From contig NW_024704743.1 in NCBI RefSeq assembly GCF_018977255.1, positions 61,878,001 through 61,942,000 on the forward strand: 64,000 nucleotides of DNA. Reading direction: 5' to 3'. Positions within the stretch are counted from its first letter, which is position 1. Each line of letters opens with the position of its first letter. Positions 25,802-37,200 of this stretch are shown piece after piece. The stretch is from Callorhinchus milii. Taxonomy: Eukaryota. A model generated the notes under the pieces. It did no database searches. It had not been told where the DNA came from and saw only the letters and a program-made list of their open reading frames with translations. The position numbers and the translations under genes were made by a program.

Positions 25802-25991
25802 CTCTCCAACAGTGGCTCCAACCAGCCAGGGACACACTCACAGTGGCAATCCAGAAATGTAAGCACATCTCCAGTGGCAAAAGTAGCACCAATCAAACGG
25901 GCACGTACCAATCCTTCCCTCTTATTTGTTCGAATCAGACGCACTCTCTGAAGGTTGCTGATGTACGCTTCCAGTTGTGCCTTCAGGTAAA
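25802..25991 (-). CDS. GALNT4: GALNT4 (intron-containing) coding exon 3, with the DXH motif
   Basis: tag|TT TAC ... GAG AG|gtaag; (V)[62 protein letters not shown](R); 190 nt; close to human GALNT4 as recalled. Confidence 0.92.
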
Positions 25992-26131
25992 CTACAACAT
26001 TGAGTAATGGAGGCAATTACAAAACATGCATGCAAATAATGTAACAATAAAAATCTGTCTGTTAGACATAAAGTAAAATCTTGACAAAAACAAGGAAGCA
26101 GATGTAAAAAAAAGTGCACCCGATATTACTG

Positions 26132-28165
26132 ACCCCCCCCGACACCCTCCCCCCACCCGACACCGCCCCTCCCCCCTGACACCCTCCCCCCACCCGACAC
26201 CCCCCCTCCCCCTGATACCCTGCCCCCCCAGCCACCCTCCCTGCCCTCCCGTCACCCTGCCCCCCAGTCACCCTGCCCACCCCAGTCACCCTGCCCACCC
26301 CAGTCACCCTGCCCACCCCAGTCACCCTGCCCCCCCCCAACACCCTTCCCCAGCATCCTGCCCCCCAGTCACCCTCCCTGCCCCAGTCACCTTGCCCACC
26401 CAGTCACCTTGCCCTCCCCCCCAGTCGCCCTCCCACCCAGTCACCCTGCCCCCCAGTCACCCTGCCCCCCAGTCACCCTGCCCCCCAGTCACCCTGCCCC
26501 CCAGTCACCCTGCCCCCCAGTCACCCTGCCCCCCAGTCACCCTGCACCCCCCCCAGTCACCCTGCCCCCAGTCACCTTGCCCACCCCAGTCACCTTGCCC
26601 CCCAGTCACCCTGCCCCCCAGTCACCCTGCCCCCCAGTCACCCTGCCCCCCCCACCGTCACCTTGCCCCCCAGTCACCCTGCCCCCAGTCACCCTGCCCA
26701 CCAGTCACCCTGCCCCCAGTCACCTTGCCCTCCCCCCAGTCACCCTGCCCCCCAGTCACCTTGCCTCCCCCCCAGTCACCCTGCCCCCCAGTCACCCTCC
26801 CCCCCAGTCACCCTGCCCCCCAGTCACCCTCCCCCCAGTCACCCTGCCCCCAGTCACCTTGCCCTCCCCCCAGTCACCCTCCCCCCAGTCACCCTCCCCC
26901 CAGTCACCCTGCCCACCCCAGTCACCCTGCCCACCCAGTCACCTTGCCCTCCCCCCAGTCACCTTGCCCCCAGTCACCCTGCCCCCAGTCACCCTGCCCA
27001 CCCCAGTCACCCTGCCACCCCAGTCACCCTGCCCCCCAGTCACCCTGCCCCCCAGTCACCCTGCCCCCAGTCACCCTGCCCCCAGTCACCCTGCCCCCCA
27101 GTCACCCTGCCCCCAGTCACCCTGCCCCCCAGTCACCCTGCCCCCCAGTCACCTTGCCCCCCAGTCACCCTGCCCCCCAGCCACCCTGCCCCCAGTCACC
27201 TTGCCCCCCAGTCACCCTGCCCACCCAGTCACCCTGCCCCCAGTCACCCTGCCCACCCCAGTCACCCTGCCCACCCCAGTCACCCTGCCCCAGTCACCCT
27301 GCCCCAGTCACCCTGCCCCCCAGTCACCTTGCCCCCCAGTCACCTGCCCCCCAGTCACCTTGCCCTCCCCCCAGTCACCCTCCCCCCAGTCACCCTGCCC
27401 CCCAGTCACCCCCCCCCAGTCACCCTCCCCCCCAGTCACCCTGCCCCCAGTCACCCTGCCCCCAGTCACCCTGCCCCCCAGTCACCCTGCCCCCCAGTCA
27501 CCCTGCCCCCAGTCACCCTGCCCCCCAGTCACCCTCCCCCCCCAGTCACCCTGCCCCCCAGTCACCCTCCCCCCCAGTCACCCTGCCCCCAGTCACCCTC
27601 CCCCCCCAGTCACCCTGCCCCCCAGTCACCCTGCCCCCCAGTCACCCTGCCCCAGTCACCCTGCCCACCCCAGTCACCCTGCCCCCCAGTCACCCTGCCC
27701 CCCAGTCACCTTGCCCCCCAGTCACCCTGCCCCCCAGTCACCCTGCCCCCCAGTCACCTTGCCCTCCCCCCAGTCACCCTCCCCCCCAGTCACCCTGCCC
27801 CCCAGTCACCCTCCCCCCAGTCACCCCCCCCCCAGTCACCCTGCCCCCCAGTCACCCTGCCCCCCAGTCACCCTGCCCCCCAGTCACCCTGCCCCCAGTC
27901 ACCCTGCCCCCCAGTCACCCTGCCCCCCAGTCACCCTCCCCCCAGTCACCCTGCCCCCCAGTCACCCTCCCCCCCAGTCACCCTGCCCCCCAGTCACCCT
28001 CCCCCCCCAGTCACCCTGCCCCCAGTCACCCTGCCCCCCAGTCACCCTGCCCCCCAGTCACCCTGCCCCCCAGTCACCCTGCCCACCCCAGTCACCCTGC
28101 CCCAGTCACCCTGCCCCAGTCACCCTGCCCCCCAGTCACCCTGCCCCCCAGTCACCCTGCCCCCA
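26132..28165. repeat. C-rich minisatellite (CAGTCACCCTGCCCCC)n, ~16-17 bp unit; second copy at 38354-39661
   Basis: Directly visible; the minus strand reads GGGGGCAGGGTGACTG. Confidence 0.97.
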
Positions 28166-28343
28166 GATGTGCAGCAGCTGCTTGTCAATGCGGACCCTCA
28201 CCAGGCAACTTCTGTTGACTTACTGTCAGCTCTCACTCTGCTGCTGAGACTTACAGCCCCGCACAATGTGGGCCACACTTTGCACGGACACCCCCAGCCC
28301 CAACACCCAATACCCAACACCCGCACTGGGAGCTCACACACTG

Positions 28344-29561
28344 GGTCTGTGTGAGAAAGAGAGACTGTGTCTGTGTGTGTGTGACTGTGTGTGTGAGAGA
28401 GACTGTGTCTTTGTGTGTGTGACTGTGTCTGGGAGACTATGTTTGTGTGTGAGAGACTGTGTTTGTATGTGTGTGTGTGAGAGAGAGAAACTGTGTGTGA
28501 GAGAGACTGTCTGTGTATGTATCTGTGAGAGACTGTGTTTGTGTGTGTATCTGTGTGTGTGAGAGAGACTGTGTCTGCGTGTGTCTGTGTGTGTGAGAGA
28601 GACTGTCTGTGCCTGTGTGTGAGAGACTGTGTCTGTGTGTGTGTCTGTGTGTATGAGAGACTGTGCTTGTGTGTGTATCTGTGTGTGTGAGAGAGAGAGA
28701 CTGTGTCTGTGTGTGTGTCTGTGTGTATGAGAGACTGTGCTTGTGTGTGTATCTGTGTGTGTGTGAGAGACTGTGTCTGTGTGTGTGTCTGTGTGTATGA
28801 GAGACTGTGCTTGTGTGTGTATCTGTGTGTGTGTGAGAGACTGTGTCTGTGTGTGTGTCTGTGTGTATGAGAGACTGTGCTTGTGTGTGTATCTGTGTGT
28901 GTGAGAGAGAGAGACTGTGTCTGTGTGTGTGAGAGAGAGAGACTGTGTGCGTGTGTGTGAGAGAGACTGTGTCTGTGTGTGTGTCTGTGTGTGTGTGAGA
29001 GAGACTGTCCGTGCGTGTGTGAGAGAAACTGTGTTGGTGTGTGTGAGAAATAGACTGTGAGAGACTGTGTGTGTGTGAGAGAAACTGTCGGTGTGTGTGA
29101 GAGATAGACTGTGAGAGACTGTTTGTGTGTGTGAGCGAGACTGCCTGTGTCCGTATCTGTGTGAGAGAGAGAGACTGTGTGTGTGTGAGACTGTGTCTGT
29201 GCGTGTGTGTGAGAGAGACTGTGTCGGTGTGTGTGAGAGATAGACTGTGTGAGAGACTGTGTTTGTGTGTGAGAGAGAGAGAGACTGTGTCTGTGTCTGT
29301 GTGAGAGAGAGACTGTGTGTGTGTGAGACTGTGTCTGTGCGTGTGTGTGAGAGAGACTGTGTCGGTGTGTGTGAGAGATAGACTGTGTGAGAGACTGTGT
29401 TTGTGTGTGTGAGAGAGACTGCCTGTGTGCGTATCTGTGTGAGAGAGAGACTGTGTGTGTGTATCTGTGTGTGTGTGAGAGAGACTGTGTCGGTGTGTGT
29501 ATCTGTGTCTGTGTGTGTGAGAGAGAGAGAGACTGTGTCTGTGTCTGTGTGTGAGAGAGAG
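28344..29561. repeat. Compound (GA)nCT(GT)n satellite with ~70 bp higher-order units; second copy at about 39841-41059
   Basis: Directly visible; the same 70-nt block recurs several times between about 28620 and 28920. Confidence 0.95.
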
Positions 29562-32067
29562 CAGGAGGCGCAGTTGGTTGGGTGTTGACAGTTACATGCT
29601 AACAATGTGAAAGGCATTTTTCTCTGGTAAAGTGCAGCAGACTGAGGAGAACAGCGGGGGGTGAGGCGGAAGAAACTGCAACGGAATAAAGAAGTTAGTT
29701 TTTCAGTAAAACCTGGGGGTCTTGAATGACTATCAGAGGCTGACGAGAATGTGACTGACTAACTAGTGAAGTGAGTCCAGACACCCCAGGGTGTGTAACA
29801 GCAGACTTGTCAAAGCATTCCACTCTTTATCTGGGGTGTGTTACTCCTGATTGAAGTTTGTTCAGTTTAAAGTGATTCGAAGATGGTATATTGTCATTTC
29901 CACCGTCTTCTCATTTGGTTCCTGAAACCAATTACTGCTGTAGGAAATTACAGAAGCCCATTTGACCCACCACCCAGCTCCTTTCAAATATTCACATACA
30001 TTATATAATATCTTGGACTTCACTCACCCACTCTTAAACAAAATACAGTATAACAACCGGCTCTGTTGTTGTTCTGCAGGTTCCCCTGCATAATTTAGAT
30101 TTATAATTTAATCCCACAATCATCCTTTGCTGCTTTTCTCTGAACCATTTGCGATGCTTTAACATTCTTTTGAGGGCAAGATGCCTCAAACTGCACACAA
30201 TTATTCCCAAAGTGGCCTCACCAGTGGCAATACAGGTATTTAAATATGTTTTTCCCTTTCTCAGAAGCCCGCAAGAATTGTGTCAGCAGTGACTTGAGCA
30301 CTGTTTCACGGGAACATTTAACAAGTGTTACAAAGATAGTCCTGCAAGACATTGTTCACGTCACTGTACAACTGGAACATCAAAGAGGAGGAAAGAACAC
30401 GATATGTGACAAATCTGATAGATCTGTAGTGAGGAATGACTTAAAGGATCGAAAAAGCAGCATTTTGCAACAAGATTCATTAATAGTGAGAATTAATATC
30501 AGAATTGATAATGGGGAATCCTACCTCAGCACCTTGGGATGTCCTCCGACGTGAAAGGCGCTCTATAAATGTAATCTTGTTGTTGTTGTATGTCCTAAAA
30601 GAAATCTATCTAATTTGCTTTTGAAAGAATCAACACGTTCTACTTCCACTGTCTCCCTTGGGAGCTTGTTCCATACATAAGATAAAATTAAAGAAGGTTT
30701 TTTTTCTAGGCACACTCTTAATCCTTATAGAGCCAGGCAAACTACATTTAGGGCTCGCTCATCCTCCTGGGTTGCCAATAATAATTCATTAGTTTATGCT
30801 GCGGTTATGAATTTGTTTGTTTAATTGATGGACTGCGGCTGAAATTTACACCAGTCATTTTGTGTCACCTCGTCAAAGGTGAGCAATGTTTGGCCTTCAA
30901 CTAAGGTAAGTAAGAAACAATATGAATCCTCCTCCCTTTTTGCCATTGCTTTAACCCATCAGTTCATTATCTGCCTCCTCCTGCCCAACCCAACTTTACA
31001 TTTTGCATGAGCGCATACTTCTCATTCTTGTATGTTGCTTAAGAGCCACAATTTTATATTCTGTGCATTTTTGCATCAAATTGCTGCTCTGTAATGCAGT
31101 ATAAATCTGGGTTTGGGAGCACAATTCAACCAAGAGCATTCCACAAGAGCCTTGCTGCAATGGGGAGGAGGTTTCAGCATTACTGTGAGTCACACCACAG
31201 CAATAAAAATGCAACTGTGATAACCAAGTCTGGTTTTACTCTCCAAAGACTCTTTGAAAGCTCTTATTGGCCCATAGTTCTGATTTTACAAGAACAGCTC
31301 TTTAATAGCAATAAAGCAAAACAGTCCCCGACCAATACAAGAGAGAGCGGGAGATATAAATCAGACTTCGTACTCCACATCATTGTATTGAAGGAAGCCT
31401 TTACACTTTGCTTCCAACAGTATAAACAAGGCATTTGTTTCCTAAAGTAGCAGCTGAGATTTTGCTCTTGTCTAGAGCTACTTTCAAAAATTAATCACAG
31501 CTTGCGATTAGCATCTGAGAACAAAAACTCTGCTGATTTTGTTTTGGCCAGTGGACAACTTGTATCAGAGAAATCAAGTACTGAGCCAAGAGGAGGAAGG
31601 GAAATCAAAGAGAAGGAGAGGAGACCAACCGCCTCCTTGAGCCCTCCTCTCTAAGGCCACTTCCTCGTTTTAACACAAATACATCTGATTACTTGGTGTT
31701 TGTCCTGAACTTCACAAATAGGATGGAGAAACTCCACTGCTTGTACAGGAACTTGTAACCATGAAGAACTATTTTGACATACATCTTATTCTCCACAAGC
31801 TTAGCCTGCTTTGGGATTTTACCATTATTGAAGAGAGAAGAGAATGACCAGAGTGCTTTTCGTCCCTTCTCAATATGGTCCTAAAGGACAATGTCCCTCT
31901 TGAGTTGTGATGGACACCATTAGCTGACAAAAACAAAACATGAACAACAAAAATGAAATTTGAGTTGTCGATTGAGCCCCCAACTGTACCTATGATTGTG
32001 TTTCAATTTCTGTTTTACATAATTTCTATTTAATTTGAATCATTTTGCATTTGTAATATTCAGTTAT

Positions 32068-32310
32068 AAGTTTCCTTACTCCACACAGAGCCTAATAATA
32101 ATCCCTCCAAAAACAAAAACAATAATAAATTGTTCATTTTCAATCTACGACTGTTTGTGGGACATTGCTGTGCGCAATTGGCTGCCGCTTTCGCCCACAA
32201 ATATACTGTCAATTCACTTTACAGTGTGTTCTGTGAAGCGCTTTGGGACGTCCTCCCGACGTGAAAAGCGCTATATCAAATGCAAGGATTATTATTATAT
32301 TATATATTAT
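32068..32310 (+). mobile_element. 5'-truncated young SINE (duplicate at about 43567-43811)
   Basis: Matches the 3' three-quarters of 61364-61695. Confidence 0.85.
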
Positions 32311-33576
32311 TGTATATGTGTGTTTTCTTTGATTGTCACTAAATTTGCCTATGTCTAGATTTTATCTTTCCATGGTTGATACTAAATAATTTTTTTACAT
32401 TTCAGATTCATGTATTTCTTGACAGTGCTAATTGATAGGACAAGAAGGTAAGATAAAACATAGCTTTTGCAATGAGATGAGACAGACTCTTGCGAGATAT
32501 AGCACACCATCAATGGGGGTTTGTTTTACATGTTAAAATCTTGTCTTTGTTACTGAAATATAATTCCAATAACTTTATTTCCTCATTTATTTAAAATATT
32601 GATGCAACCAACAATTTAAAACGTGTTGTCTGTTGTGAATTAAGGTCGGTCAAATCCTCAGCTATTCTCCCACGCTACAGTAATTTGCCAAAGGTATTCA
32701 TGTGAACAGACTCTGGGAGGGCAAAACATTTTCTTTTCATAGAATCTTACAGCGCTATATTAAATGCAAGGATTATTATTATTACTATTATTTTTAATAG
32801 TAATAATAATTAATAATAATTTAATAATATTAAATTTTTAACTCTCTGTGAGGGGTCATAAGTCTGAAATTGTTAGTCATCTACCCTCATCTAAGAGTGA
32901 ATCTGTGCATCCATATTCTAGATTTTTGACCATATGAAATACATTATTAGATTCCATTAGGCTCCAGTTCATCGCTACACTTTAGAATTATGAATGTTTC
33001 AATACGGTCTCCCCTGAAAACCTATTGAAACGGTCTCCTTGTAAATCAGGTACCTAAATTCCAACAATTGTACAGGTGGCTAATTCTAGCAATTATATGG
33101 GCCTCTAATTTTTTATTCTGTATCTCATTGGCACAAATTTGGGTTTATAATTCTGCAGAATTGTTTTTTTAATTCCTAATTTGCTTTTTAAAAAATGCTT
33201 AATATTATTTAATTTCACAGGTGTGGCCTTGCTTTCTAATCATCAGAATGGAACTATATAACATTGCTGCCTTTGGGACTCAGCTGAAGAATGAGAGGGT
33301 TTTGATTGACAGAAGTTCTTTTCGGATTTCCCCACGAAATTTCCAAGATATAATTATTTTCTAATGGGGCCAAGTACTCATAAAACAGGTTCTGGTTGTG
33401 CAATTTAAAAGTTTTGATCTTACTTTTGTCCATGGAAAAGGGAACAATCTGACAATAAGGTGTGGCTTCTTCTGAAATTATATCTAGAGATTATAGGATC
33501 ACTCTGTGTAAGTTTGTGTCCATGAATAAAACATCTCCCCATTAAGTTGTAAATTCTCTTCTTGCACACCCATATA

Positions 33577-33690
33577 CAGGGTAACCAAAATGTTGTGATA
33601 CATTACAATGTCTAATAAGTCGTAAAGAAATTATGATTTTTTTTGTTAGATAATTGGATAGCTGAAAAATAAGACTTTTTGATCACCCTG
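33577..33690. mobile_element. Tc1/mariner-type MITE (same family as 1499-1610; duplicate at 45077-45189)
   Basis: TA|CAGGGTAACCAAAA ... TTTTGATCACCCTG|TA; shared core acaatgtctaataagtc. Confidence 0.75.
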
Positions 33691-33696
33691 TATATA

Positions 33697-33940
33697 TAAT
33701 AATAATCCTTGCATTTGATATAGTGCTTTATCACATCTTCCAGATGTCTCAAAGCGCTTCACAGAATATGCTGTAAAGTGAATTGACTGTATATTTTGTG
33801 GGTGAAACGCGGCAGCCAATTGTGTCCCACAAACAGTCGTGGATTGAAGTGACCAAATTATTATTATTTTTTTTTTGAAGGATTATTACCCCCGGAAAAA
33901 TCTATCACCCAATCGACCGGTTCCTACTTACTGCTAGGTA
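33697..33940 (-). mobile_element. 5'-truncated SINE (duplicate at about 45195-45440)
   Basis: Same core and tail on the minus strand; similar to 53504-53862. Confidence 0.8.
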
Positions 33941-34248
33941 AATATATATATTTATATATAGATATATAATACAACACAAAATTACATTATGTTGGGAGAG
34001 GGTCTCAAGGTGCTGGGTTATGTTATTTTTGTTAACCACTTTCAGTAAGTCTCAAGATCGTACCTTGGACAATAGAGATAATAAAGTTCCAGGATAATAA
34101 AAAAACTGTCTGTCAATCATTGTTTTTACTGTTCAAATTGGTTATTAGCTGATGGTTACTTTATCCACTTCAGATAATGTTTTCTTGCTGAGGTGGTATT
34201 TTGCCTGGAATAGAATTTTGCTTCTTATATCATGGAAAACGACTTGTT

Positions 34249-34273
34249 NNNNNNNNNNNNNNNNNNNNNNNNN
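34249..34273. other. 25-N assembly gap
   Basis: Run of 25 N exactly at the junction of the two copies. Confidence 0.99.
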
Positions 34274-37200
34274 TTTGTATTAAAGTAGAGGGTAATCCTG
34301 CAGATAATATAAAATTATGCTTAAGTGGTCCTCAAACTTGAGAGCTGCCTCTGATTCTTTTATTCCCCACTTTTGTTTATTTTGAAAAACATTTACAGGG
34401 CTCCATTCTAGAAGGGAGGAGCGTTATTATTGAATACATAATTGAGATATTTAAATTAAACCTGGCATCAAAAAATAAAAGATACATCTGCTTACCGCTC
34501 CATGCCAGTTGAGCCGATCATCTGGAATGTGCAACTCTGGGTATACATTATCCAAATACCATTTGAAATTGTTGCACTTTAAACGTTCTCGGAGCAATTT
34601 TCTCTCAGAAATATCACCATAGTTTTCCTTAAAGAAAAGAACATTTCAAAATTCCACTTTCCATTTCCCAAAGTTCTTCCAAGATAAACTGGCTCATATA
34701 TTATCACCAAACTATGTTTTAGTACCACTATAAAAAGTAGTCATCGTTTGCTTATACTGATCTGAAATAGTGCCTTTATACAATATTGTACAAAGGAAGC
34801 ATACACATACTTCAGTTATAACTTTGTCCAGACTTTACCATCTCAATCGTTTCAGAAAGAAAGAACACTACTTAGCTGTGTTTTAGTCTTTTAAACACAT
34901 AATTTCCTTAAAGATCTACTATATTACAGAAAAGCTCCACTTAACCCTTAAAATGAAATCATGTAATACCCTGGTTAATCCGGAACATGACTCAATTTAT
35001 TGTTTCAGAACTTTTTTTAAAACAAAACTATTAATATTACTATCATGAATCCCTAAATAAACTAACGGACGTTAAACACAGAAGCTTGGCACAGTCAGTA
35101 GCACCCTCAACTGTGGGTCAGAAGGTTTGAGTTCACAGTCTGACAGATACTGAAAGGAATAAAAGTTCCTCCCTGTATCCTGGACTTCCAGAATAATTGT
35201 GCATCTCATGGCTCATGGAATTTTCCTGCTGCAAAATAGCTGCCACACTTGTGTGGCAGCGTTTGTGACAGGCAAAATAGCTGCCTGTCACTACACTTGA
35301 TAAATATCAATCTTTCTTTATCCTTCAATACCTTTACAGCTTGAGGGTTTCGATAGTAAAAGTGCACTTTGTATTCATCCATCCACACCTCAGCTGCTCG
35401 TACAGTATTTTGGACGAAATTTGGGCGAGCGTACGGAGCACGTTTTGGAAATACATGGCCCACATGTGAGCAGGGGTGAATCTCCAGCGTGCCACCACAC
35501 TGCCATACCTGTTGAAATATTTGTCAAAAAATGTGAACATGTGAATTTCAAGTGACATAGTATCGACCTCCTTCTCCACAAACACACCCACACACCACAC
35601 ACAGCTGCAAAGCACAACCAAACAGCAGACACTTACCCTAAAAGACAGTTCCAGATTCTCGCCTCCCCACACCTCCATGCCAGTGTCATAGGTGCCCAGA
35701 TATTCAAAATATTTCCTACTAACAGCAAACAATCCTCCTGCCATGGTGGGTGATCTGAGAGATATGGTACTTATTTGAATTAGCGTTAAAAAAAGATCAA
35801 AAGAAATTGCTGCTTTCACTTAAACATTTTAAATAAAGGCTCATATCAAACAGAATTAATTTCATGCAGCTCTGTGTAGATGATACCAATCACAATTTAC
35901 TACCTGATTGGGTCTATTCTCGACTTCCTTCTCTGCCTTTCGTGTTCAGGCACACTGTGCCACTGGAAGGTGAGACGCCAGTCAAATCCCCCTATCATCG
36001 GTTCTCCAGTCTGCATGTAGTACTCAAACGTGTTCCAATCGATAGTGTCAATGACTGGGCAAACAATGGCAGTCTCATTCTCCCCAATTCTAAAAATAAC
36101 ATGAGTAAGAAAGGCATGAATATAACAACTTGCATTTATACAGTGCCCTTCATACAGTATAACATCTTGGAGCACTGATCTAATAAAATCAGGTCAAGTT
36201 AAATATCTTCTGTTAGTCATTTTTTAAAGTGTTTCAGCCTTTTCAATTCAACTACAACAACTTGCATTTATATAGCACCCCTCACACAGAGTAGCAGCCC
36301 AGAGGGCTAAATCATCAGTGAATTCATATTGATTTCTTAAGGTTTGACCTGTAGCTCTAATCAAATTAATTTTCTTAAAATAGCACCAAAGTAATTTAGA
36401 ACAAAAAGGGTACACAGATGCACTCTCGGTATACTCGAGAAGAATGTCAGTGTCATAAAAGTTTGACATTGCATCATTTTGCATGTTCACTTTTATATCT
36501 GGCTTTGCAAATTCATCAATAAAGACATAAAAAGGCATATTTAACATTTTTATGTTAATGTAAGCAATTATAGGACTGGCTACATCATTATTTTGGATAC
36601 TAGCTAGTCGCTAGGATCGGTGTTCAAATGTAGCCCAGAATGAGGAGGTAAAATCCTTCTGTGGTTTGCTGGCTATGTGAAATGTGTTTCAGCATTCTCA
36701 GTCCAATTCCTGAGGAGCAAGTACTCAACAGAAATTTGCCCTTAAAAAAAACCAATTGAAACTGGTTTGCATGTTCAAAAATATTGATATCTATATTATA
36801 AAGGGGGCTATTTACTGATCAGATTTGTGTGTTTTCACCAGCATTCAGAAAGTATTCTTCCCAGCCTTGCCTGGTTACCCAAGAGCAGTGCACTCATGCA
36901 ATGCAATTTATGTTGACCTTGAATTGCCTTCCTGTTTCTTCTGATTGAAGGGAATCATTTCCAGCCAGAATAAATAGAACAGGGCCTACAAGTCCATAAT
37001 AAGCATGAGCCAAATGTGTTCACTGCAGGTATTGTATTAGCTGCAGTCAACAAAAAAAAGCAAGACTTCCTCATGGAACATGAAGTACACTGAGGTTAGT
37101 GCATTGGGCATAATCTTTCTTTAGGGTTGTCTCTTTAAGTGTCAGCAGTCACATTCCTGAAATAATAATAATCCTTGTATTTGATATCGCACCTTATCAC

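Larger units (their letters stand above)
22213..34248. repeat. Copy 1 of a near-identical ~12 kb tandem block
   Basis: Starts tttgtattaaagtagag and ends catggaaaacgacttgtt, the same ends as 34274-45748. Confidence 0.95.

Noticed and set aside
413..25991. A single GALNT gene with scrambled exon order (exons 1-2 downstream of 3-10)
   Set aside because: Exon 1 carries GALNT12 signatures while exons 3-10 carry GALNT4 signatures and end in their own stop codon; two tandem paralogs is the simpler reading.
26392..28354. Pro-rich ~600-aa ORFs (also 38231-40058)
   Set aside because: Translation of the C-rich minisatellite; open in all frames and different between the two copies.
28334..29617. His/Thr/Ser-rich ORF (also 39748-41115)
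   Set aside because: Translation of a dinucleotide satellite.
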